Source: Mayamaea pseudoterrestris | Lineage: Eukaryota | Assembly (NCBI GenBank): GCA_027923505.1 | Contig: BROI01000004.1 | Span: forward strand, 744,001-808,000 | Length of the DNA stretch: 64,000 nucleotides | Reading direction: 5' to 3' | Shown here: positions 55,201-64,000 of the stretch, piece by piece | Layout of the letters: every line of letters begins with the position of its first letter | Numbering within the stretch: position 1 is the first letter of the stretch | Notes under the pieces: model-generated | What the model was told of the DNA's origin: nothing | Databases searched by the model: none | Seen by the model: only the letters and a program-made list of their open reading frames with translations | Translations under genes and position numbers: made by a program

Positions 55201-57073
55201 ATGTTGGCCTTGATGGTGGTCGCAAACTGTAGAGCATCGAGCAATGGTTGAGTGCAATCGTTGCCGAGCAAGACACGGAGTTATAATCACTCAGTTAACT
55301 CACCAATGCAGGCTCTTGTCCAACATATCCAATCCGACTACGTAAATGGCGAACGTTAATGTCCTTCAAGTCCACGCCATCGAGAGTAATGCTTCCAGAA
55401 AGAGGATCATAAAAGCGCTGTGTGTAGCAAAGCAGACATAAGAAATAAGTTATTGCACGCTCATGAGATCAGAATGTAACGCCAGACGAAAACATACCTC
55501 AAGCATGGCGACAATGCTGTGGTCAAACAAATGAGATATGGGGTGTCAAAAAAGTCAGTCAACTTGTCTGCAATCATCCAGCACAGCACCCCGGAAAGCA
55601 CTACGCATCCAAACCATATACTCACGTGCTCTTTCCTCCACCGCTCGGACCTACAAACGCAACAGTCTGTCCCGGTTCAATGTCCAACGTCATGCCATTC
55701 AAGACGGGGTCGTCCGGACGCGTCGGATACGTAAAATGAACGTCACGCAGCTTGATTGCTCCACTGACTGGCGGCTTTAGTCCTTCGCGCGACGATGAAT
55801 CGATCTGATACTCTGGCAAAATGGCCGTGACTGTATTTAGGGCAGCTTCGACATCGTCATCGCCATCCTTGGAAGCATTGGACTTGCGCGATCTCGTCGT
55901 GGAGCCAAGCGCATCATGTACCGGCCGGTGAACAATCAACTGCGGCGCACCAGGCTTGCGGTTAATGGCCAGCAAAGCTTCGGCGACGGCTGTACGAGCA
56001 TGCGCCAAGGCTTCCGTAAAGTTACCAACCTGCGAAACGCCTTGGGCGGCGAACGCCACACCCAGCATGGCGCCAAAGACGTCAGAGCCCGATGTTTTGC
56101 ACGCCGTCGCGCCAGGCACAGCTCCCGATGGATCGCAACCGTTTTCTTCCACGTTATTGTATAAAATCGAAGTTCCGTAGAGCGTCAAGATGCAGTAAAG
56201 CAAGAGAAAGGATCCAAGCATTGCTCCATTGGCAAAGCCTTGCTTAATGAGAATGCGCACAGAGCTTTTAAAAGCTTCCTGCGTTGCCTCCTTGTATTGG
56301 TTGACCATTTGCTGGATACCATTCAAACTTAAGACGGTCTTGACCGCCGAAACGGACGAGTAAGCAATGCCTCCAGCAAGCTTGTAACTCTCCGAAGCAT
56401 TGTGTCCCTTCTTTTGGTTGAGCGACATGACCATGAGCGCCGCAAGCGAAGCAAAGGGAACGGCGCAAATGACAACTAGCGCAACTTGCCAAGACGCGTA
56501 AAAGGCGTAACCAATACCTCCAACACCCGTTGTAAAGAATTGAATGCCCTCTCCGAACTTGCGTCCGACGCCCCGACGAAACTTGCCGGCATTGCTTCCC
56601 ACTTGCCCAGCCACGCCGCCAACATCGTACACGTCAAAAAAGCTTGCATCCTGCCGCAGCAACGCCCGAAACCACTTTAGACGAAAGTTTTGCGAAGCAT
56701 GAAAGGCCACAATTTCAAACGCCCATCCCTGTACCGTCGCCGCTCCCAATGCAAAGGCTCCAACAATCAAAAAAGTAAATGCCAGTCGCTTGATATCTTC
56801 CAGTCCATTCTTGGCACCACTCAAGTCAGTAAAGGATGTAGAAAATAGATAGGCCAGTACTGGATACACCATGCCGTTCAAAAAGGCGGCAAAGAATCCA
56901 ATGCAAAACAAGAATTGGACGCGACTGCCACATTCCCAAACGAAATGAAGGGTTTGGCCAATGGATGCGCGATTTTCGGCGACAAGTTGCTTCGGCTGGT
57001 TCTTTTTGAAGAGTGAGGAGCGATTGTTGTTACTGGAAACATCGCCGTCGCTGCTGCTTCCATGGGTTGGCAT
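52274..57073 (-). CDS. Full-size ABCB/MDR-family transporter, 9 exons, domain order TMD-NBD-NBD-TMD
   Basis: Exons 57073-55626, 55516-55498, 55417-55304, 55226-55066, 54993-54902, 54767-54021, 53935-53857, 53785-53336, 53258-52274; 4095 nt, 1364 aa, all introns GT-AG. Two complete NBDs ([27 protein letters not shown]) and two ABCB TMDs ([22 protein letters not shown]). Confidence 0.92.
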
Positions 57074-57487
57074 GGTTGCTCTTGGTAATGCTCTTGCTCT
57101 TGCTGTCCTTGTTGTCGTTGCTGTAATCGAGATCTCGTGTCTCGTTTTCGCTTGATCGTCCGGAGAGCAATTTGAGTTGTGCGGTCGAACGAACGAAGGA
57201 TGACTCAACGCGATTGACGCCAGATGTGCTCTCGAGCGTCTGTATTTCGGTTGGACGAGTCGAGAAGGCTTATGTAGGAGAACGCCGTGGAAGGTGAGTT
57301 CCTCATTGATCGCCTTCCTCGTCGTTCCCAGCTGTGACCGTGGCTGCGGGGTGTTAGCTAACCAGTCTACTGAGACACCAGCCGGGCATACCATCTTGTA
57401 GCGCAGCCCAAAAAATGATGTTGGCACCATTCTTGTGCAATTGGGGTGTATACATGAATGGAGCAATCCTACTACATAATTATATTC

Positions 57488-58621
57488 CTATAGCTGGCTG
57501 AGCTTGTCCCATGCCACCTGTCCAATTGCAGCATCCTGTGCTCCGGTCCCAGTCAAGTCAACCACGATGAGTTCGTCTCCCTCGCGACCCGGTTTTCCAT
57601 TAACAAGTTCCCCTAGCTCGCAGTAGACATCACTCTCCGTCATGACGCCTGCCTGAAGGGCTGACCGAAGCTCTCCAACCTTGGAGGTTTGCTTGGTGAG
57701 ATCACTAATGTACTTGCTTGCCTTGAGTACGTCGACGGGAATTTCCTGCTTGGTCGGCTGATCACTCCCAGACGCAATAATGGTTGTACCAGGCTGTAAC
57801 ATGCTCAGCTCCAAAACGGGTGCACTCCCGGTTGTTTGCGTGTAGATACAGTTTGATTTGCTGCAGAGCTCCGCCGCTGAATTCGCCACTTCAAAGTCCA
57901 CTCCCAGCTCCTCGCTCATTTCCAAAGCAAACTCATCAGACCCAGCCAATCCATAAGCTACTCCCTTCATGTCTGGACGAATCACATGGGCTGCTCGCGC
58001 CATGTTTCTCGCAATGGCGCCGCATCCAATAAATCCCACCGTCAGTGACTTGTTTGGATCAGTTGTATACTTGAGACTAATAGCACCAGCCGCACCAGTT
58101 CGTAGATCCGTCATGAATCGATTCTCCTGGAAAAATGCCAATGGAGCTCCCGTCGACGCATCCACGACGCAAAAGACACCTGATCCAGCGGGCAAACCCT
58201 TTTCCAAATTCTTGTAAAAGGAGACACAGGCGAGCTTGACTGTAAACGTGGGGGTCCCTTCAATGTATCCACCCTTGATATGACAGTCTCCTGGTCCAGC
58301 AACGTTTGACTCATGAATGCCAATGTGCATGGGCAATGGAACCTCAACATTTCCTTGAGCAAGGGCTCCAAAGGCCGACTCGACCGAATCAATGGCGTCG
58401 GCAACCGATAAATTCTTGGTGATTGTCGCATAATCAAATAGTCTGGGAGCTGGAAAACTAGCTGACGCCGCAAGACTTCGAGAAACAATTCTTGTCGTTG
58501 TGTTGCTGACGACTACTTGATGAGGATGGGCAAGCAACAGTGGCGTCGACTGATGACGTCGAGCCGCGTCGCGTAAAGCGCGAGAAGCAAAAGTATTGAA
58601 CATGATTCTATAGCGTATCAT
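57488..58621 (-). CDS. Ornithine cyclodeaminase / mu-crystallin family protein, probably mitochondrial
   Basis: Arg/Ser-rich presequence, DCHIKGG, MTDLRTGAAGA, GFIGCGAIA, ASGSDQPTKQE, VVDLTGTGAQDAA. Confidence 0.88.
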   Translation of the reverse strand: MIRYRIMFNTFASRALRDAARRHQSTPLLLAHPHQVVVSNTTTRIVSRSLAASASFPAPRLFDYATITKNLSVADAIDSVESAFGALAQGNVEVPLPMHIGIHESNVAGPGDCHIKGGYIEGTPTFTVKLACVSFYKNLEKGLPAGSGVFCVVDASTGAPLAFFQENRFMTDLRTGAAGAISLKYTTDPNKSLTVGFIGCGAIARNMARAAHVIRPDMKGVAYGLAGSDEFALEMSEELGVDFEVANSAAELCSKSNCIYTQTTGSAPVLELSMLQPGTTIIASGSDQPTKQEIPVDVLKASKYISDLTKQTSKVGELRSALQAGVMTESDVYCELGELVNGKPGREGDELIVVDLTGTGAQDAAIGQVAWDKLSQL

Positions 58622-59886
58622 GGTGATGGTTGACTGTTTATGGTTGATGTGTATTGGAAAATCTTGATACAAGAGCTTGCTCTGGCCTTGACAAGCAAGA
58701 GAAGATGAGCCTCGCAACAAGATCCAAGAGATCATTCGTCTTCTCGTGGCAGGTGAGGGGCAATGTTAGCGGACGTCGCACCACGAAACACCAAAGAACC
58801 CGGAAGTCCTCCTTTTGGAACGACGAAACAAGGAGGCCGCGCGCCGTCGCAGTCCTTTCGTCGCTTCAAGCAACCATAATTGGTTACCTACGGCAAGTTG
58901 CGGGGGGCAAACTTGTATGCAAGGCATAATTGGCGAACAAGAACAAGCGATTCAATAGCAAGCTCAAATGTTTCATTAATCACCAATGAACTTTACTTTG
59001 AGGCCGTGGTTGAACTACTTAAAAAAAACTTCAAAGTTACCAGGCTAGCCCGAGACAGCGACACCAGTTGCTCCGTCAGCAGCTTGCTATTGTAGACAAC
59101 TGGTAAGGATCCCATTGCAGGACATTGAAGCCACCAAGGCTGCAGCTTTTCTAATGATTCCATCCACACTCATTCCTCCGCTGTTGTTAATTACAACTGT
59201 ATCGTTCATACTGTTGACTACCGGTAGGCATGGCTGGGGTAGCTAGCTTTACAAGCTGGATTTGCGCGCGTGATACTTGCCATCGCATGAATCGAATAAC
59301 GTCTTATCGGTTCTCAAAATCCGTGATTGCGCAAGTTCGTACTTCTGTGGGATCAAACTCGGTCCAGAATCATGATACAGAGAATCTGAGCATACCATCG
59401 TCTACGTATATCATTGAAGAATGCAAGGATGCGAACTTGCAACATAACTTTTAAATTTGGTCATGCTGGGACGATTCTTGCAAACTCACTCAATTCGTCT
59501 CGATAGAAACGCTACAACAACTTTAACCACAGCAGTAAAACCAGACTATTGACTCGTCCATTGTATCAAGTATATATTAAATGGTATATTGCGCCTGTTT
59601 CAGCCAAAAGCATGCATGTGAAGGCTGTCGCGTCGACGATTGAAGATGTTACCAGTTTGCACCTCGTTCAAACAAAGGCGACTCACACACTCAATTTTGG
59701 TCCCGCTTCAATATTTCCAACGGAATCATACTCCCTGCTTCCTTGTAGTCATCATGACATCATAGTGCTGGTTGCAATGGAATGCTTCCTTGGTCCCGCA
59801 AATACAGCGCAAAGATGGCGATGCGATGAAAATCGATCAAAGAACCCGGAAACCAAGGAACCGCGCTTTTTCGCATGGGATGCGGC

Positions 59887-60160
59887 TGTTGATGCCACTA
59901 AGGGGGAGACTACTAGTGAAAGTTGATCAAGACGATTGACGTGAATTATTATGAGCGGCAATTGTCGCACTGCCTGCCGAGTTCTATCGCTACTTGTGAC
60001 CGGTGGGAATCTCGGATGGCTCGCTGGACAAACCGCCTGTCGCTGAGGCATAACTAAAACACGTGTGCTTGGCAACGGTGGAGGCTTCACTTAGGTGGAG
60101 GCCGAGCCAGTGCAGCTTCCTTGGATACCGGATGCGGAACCCGGAAGTGGAGTATCAACA
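59887..60160 (-). repeat. 3' LTR (274 bp) of the copia element
   Basis: On the minus strand CCAGGGTG (PPT-like) is followed by TGTTGAT at 60160, and the segment ends ATCAACA at 59887, giving 7-bp inverted TG..CA termini. Confidence 0.8.
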
Positions 60161-63100
60161 CACCCTGGCAAGGAAGGTGTCTCGGTAGAGACTGTTGCCT
60201 TGGGAGGATCCTTTACATAACGGGAGCGCATCTTGCGGTGGTGAACGGCAGGATGATGCTTGGTAAAGTAATCCGCTAAGTTGTCGCATCCGCGGCGCCA
60301 GTGAAGGATGAACTGGCCTTGCGCAATGCGATCTTTGATCCAGTAAAAACGCATGTCCATGGCTTTTGAGCGCTTGTGCTTGACGGTACCGTTGGCGATG
60401 CCAGCCGCGCAGCTGTTGTCTGTTTGAATGGGCGTTGGTGGTTGCGGGTGACCGAGCTCTTCAAGTGCTGTGCGGAAAACAGTGGCGTCCTTGGCGCAAT
60501 GGAAGGCGCCGCCTAGTTCTGCCTCGGCGGCCGAGGAGACGACGCATTTTAATAGCTCGCATCCAACATGGATTGCTCCATTTTCAGGAGGAGGAGGAGC
60601 ATCAGGCGATGGTGCTTTCAATGGTTCCGCGGGCATGGAGCTAAGGAAATGGAAAGCAGCGATTCGAGAGCGGGCTTTGGCGGCCGTCAAGTAGGAGGCG
60701 TCTGTGTGGCAATGGAGGACCATATCACTGGCGTGAAACACAAGAATGGCATCTTGATGGCTGGCGGCGTAATCAAGGAATTGTATTAAAGCTTTCTCAG
60801 TCTTCTTGGTGCCTTTGGCTTGTGCCGCGCCGAGTTCATTGACGGCTGTTAACATGGTATTGTCGATGGCGCGTCCGTAGAAGAGGAACTTGCCGCAGAC
60901 GCGTTGGATAATGACGCGGCCTTCAGGTGGAAGAGGATCCATGCAATCATCATCAACATATTGTTGTTTGGCGCCATAGACTGGTGCAGTCCATGGGTGA
61001 GGTGAATCCTGAGGCTTGGACGGCGGCGGATGTTGGAGCTCGTTCAAGGCATTGGCGACGTAATTGGGCATGCTCATCTCGAGTATGCGCTTGTCATAGT
61101 CCCACTTGAGGGTCATGCCACAGAAGCGGGTGCCAGCGCGATCAACTGTAATGGTATACTGAGAGCGGAGGACGTCGAGTAAGTGCTCGGCGTGGTCGTC
61201 GCCAACGTAGCGGATGCCAAAATCGTCAACAATGAGCGCAAATGCCACTGGACGGGTCTTGTGCTTGAAGAGACCAGGAACATGTTCAGAGTCATTGTAA
61301 CCATTGGAGCGAACGAGCTGCGTTTAATAGGAGGTAACCGTCTTGTAATCCGTATCCGTGTTGCTGAGTTCCGCACGACGTTGCCTTTGCGTCAATTTGG
61401 GCGTATTGTATTCTGCCTTGATGCATTGCAGAGCGTGCGGGTATATTCATTTTCGTTGTGGCATGGTGTACAAGGTGTAATATCGGCTGCCATGAATTTT
61501 GCTCCTGGGGTGGAGAGCACACTGTTGAGAAGGAGCTTGACAATGGGGATGTCGGCGCACGGAGACGCTGTGGTGCCTTCATAAACAAGCTTGTCACCGC
61601 CTGCTGTAATGCGAACGCGGTGCTTCTCAGCCTTGTCTGGTTTAATGGCGACGACGACGCGAGGATAAGTGACTTTGCGCCCGGCTGGAACGGCGTTTGG
61701 GCTGATGAGCTTCATGGTATTGGTTCCTTTTGTGTCATGCTTGGCGCATCCTTGAGCCAGGCGACCGATTTCCATGGCCATGCCTCTGTCCCATTTTGCA
61801 GCATCGGGACCTTTGATGAGATGGCGATACTCGAGAGCGGCGCCGGAGACTGGATCGACAACGGTGTTGGCTTGGAGCTTTTTGGCGGAAGGGCGACTGA
61901 TCCCATGGGAGCCACGAGTGACGCGGTTGGATTCTGTGTAGGCCGCTTGTGTGACGCCAACTGGCAGGTAAGTAGTTGCTTTGGTGCTCTTGTAAGGACT
62001 GGCGCGACGGAAATTGGAACCTTCGTTGGCAGTGAGCTTGGCCAGTCGGGCGGCCTGATCCTTCTTCTGCAGGCGGCGCCTTTGTGCGGGGTTTTTCGTG
62101 CGACTGATATACGTCCAGGGCTCTTCTGATGTAGTTTCCAAGTTAAAACGTACGCGAGCAACGGTGGGCGCCATGGTGGAGTCGACATCGTCAACAGGAT
62201 CGGCCGCGGCCGCGGCCACCCTGGGAGGTGTCGCATCGGTGGTTGAAGTAGGTGCGTTGGCGTTCTCATCCGGCACCCTGGGAGCTGTCGCAGCGGGGGT
62301 GGATGCAGATGCGTTCTCATCTGCCACCCTGGGAGCTGGCGCAGTGGGTGCTTCTGGAGCTGGAGCGGGCTGAGGAGGCAATGGCGACGGGGCCGCAGCT
62401 GCTGGCATACCTTGGGGGTCAGCTTGGGGCGAAGGCGGAGAGGAGTCAGCAGTTTCCAGTGTCGGAGGGCCAACCTGAGTGGCTAGTGCCGCGGCGACAC
62501 GCCTGAGCTCCTCCATGTGGCCAGCGTCGCTCGCAGGGACTGGGCTACTTGTGGCGGTCCAGTTGCGTAGAGCACTTGTCATGTCTTTTACAGCTGCAAT
62601 GAGAAGGTCCTGGTTGGAGGCGACTGGCATAGTTGTCTGAGTAGGGAACCAGGCAAGAGTGTCAGCAATGCGTTCGGCGTTGGTGTCAGTCGCATACACT
62701 CGATAGCAGCGGTAATGCTCTAGCGCGGGTGCAAGATAATAACCATCAACTCCATGAGGTGTATGCGCAGCGCGAATGCTTGGTTTTTCATGTATGATAA
62801 CGCGGGTGCCAGCGGGCGCAAGCGGCGTCTTGTTAAAATCAAAGGCGCCATGTAATTGTGCATGAGCCGAGAGCTTGGGATTGATTCTCGATCCTCGTAA
62901 CAGATTAAGAGACAAAACGCATTGTGGCAGAAGCTTGTCCCAAAGATACAAGGGAAACTTGGGATCCGTGCCGCAAAGTGTCGCCGTAAAGTGGTTGATG
63001 AACGTGCGAATGGCGCGCTCGGCAGCATTGCGGCGATGAATGTGAGGCGGCGCTAGCTGGTAATCAACTGCTTCAGAGACCATGTATTCTTTCAATGCTT

Positions 63101-64000
63101 TGGAGGCTTCGTTGTCGAGGCGCTGGAGCTGTGGTTTGAGGCCTCGAGCGCAGAGATCTTGGTGTACGCGGCCAGGATGCTGGCTCCGCTCTTGTTCTTC
63201 ATTGGTTCGACGAGGATGGCATTGCTATCTTCGTCATAAACAACAAGCATGACTGTATTGCCAGAGCTGGATGGTAACATGAAGCGGCCGGTTAAATCAG
63301 AATGGATCTTGCCTGTCGCTTCGGTATAATTGGCGTAAACACGCATGGAACGGATCGTTGGTGGATCGTTCGGCGGCGGGTTCATATCAGTGTCAAGTTC
63401 AACTGGATCAACTGTAACCGAGGTTGCTTGCTTGGTGCTGCGATGGTTCTTGCGCGTCTGGTCAAGGTGACCCTTTGCTGTTGCCGTGGTGCGGGGCGGA
63501 AAAGCTTTGACTTGAGCCGATGTGATGGCAGGAAAAGTAGTTAGCCGGCCGGCGTCCAAGGCCTTGCAAAGCGTAGAGACTGTAGGATATCCCAGACAAG
63601 CGCTAACGTATGCAACTCGGTCGGCCACTGTGTTGAGTGGTTGGTACATGTTGAGAGCGTAATTGACGCTGGCGGCAGGGCTGCCAGTGGGACGCTGCAT
63701 GTTGACAGTCCAAAGCTTGGTGTCGGAGCTGCGAGTGCCTGCGAGAACAATCTTATCTCCCTTGGTAATGGTGACTGCAGTGTCTGTAAAGATAGCGGAG
63801 CATCCATCATCGCAAAGTTGACCGATTGAAATGAGTGACTGATTCATCTCGGGGAAGACGTGCGCGGTGCATGCATCATATGAGCATCCAGGCAAGGTTA
63901 ACTGAACGGTATGAGTGGAATGCATTGTTGTTCCGCGATTTTGGGGTCGGGGGGCACGAATGTTCTGCCGTACATCTGCCCGTGTCGGCTATGGCTATAG
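59887..64000 (-). mobile_element. Ty1/copia LTR retrotransposon (CoDi-like), degenerate, 5' part outside the window
   Basis: Protease remnant AIADTG (~63990), integrase (IHSDLTG / RLDNEAS / NAAERAIR), RT (RVRITAGGD, FMAADI, FALIVDDFGI), RNase H (HTDASY, SSAAEAE, IQTDN, NLADYFTKH). Copia order with frameshifts. Confidence 0.95.

Noticed and set aside
57074..57466. 131-aa N-terminal extension of the ABC ORF
   Set aside because: Non-ATG start reaching almost to the OCD stop; ATG 57073 is the plausible start.
33185..58621. argJ and ornithine cyclodeaminase as an ornithine gene cluster
   Set aside because: About 22 kb apart with unrelated genes between them and different predicted compartments; likely coincidence.
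58654..59886. Short ORFs between OCD and the LTR
   Set aside because: No recognisable motifs; a gene interrupted by the copia insertion cannot be supported from sequence alone.

Overview
Gene-dense eukaryotic DNA with short GT-AG introns. It is almost certainly a diatom, probably a raphid pennate: bipartite 'ASAF-like' plastid presequences, a CoDi-type Ty1/copia element and an ornithine cyclodeaminase point that way (inferred, not searched). About 27 protein-coding genes can be supported. They include a UVR+SnoaL plastid protein, a membrane RING-H2 E3, an FKBP, an N-terminally extended histone H2A, eIF4E, two paralogous KOW...MYND proteins, a CS+SAP protein, a GT23 fucosyltransferase, CCT-alpha, a tricorn (S41) protease, a formin, ArgJ, thioredoxin f, an SGNH-like protein, a CinA-like/nucleotidyltransferase fusion, a ~2000-aa disordered plastid protein, an ABCB transporter and ornithine cyclodeaminase. 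There is also a repeat-rich TE-like island at 12.2-14.2 kb and a degenerate copia element with its 3' LTR at the right end. The most striking observation is a 9-exon ABCB/MDR gene whose spliced product has the permuted order TMD-NBD-NBD-TMD instead of TMD-NBD-TMD-NBD. Other leads are a membrane-anchored tricorn protease, a giant sticker-and-spacer plastid protein, a formin with CCDC53-like repeats where FH1 should be, and an H2A variant. Family assignments come from motif recognition by eye; no searches were run.
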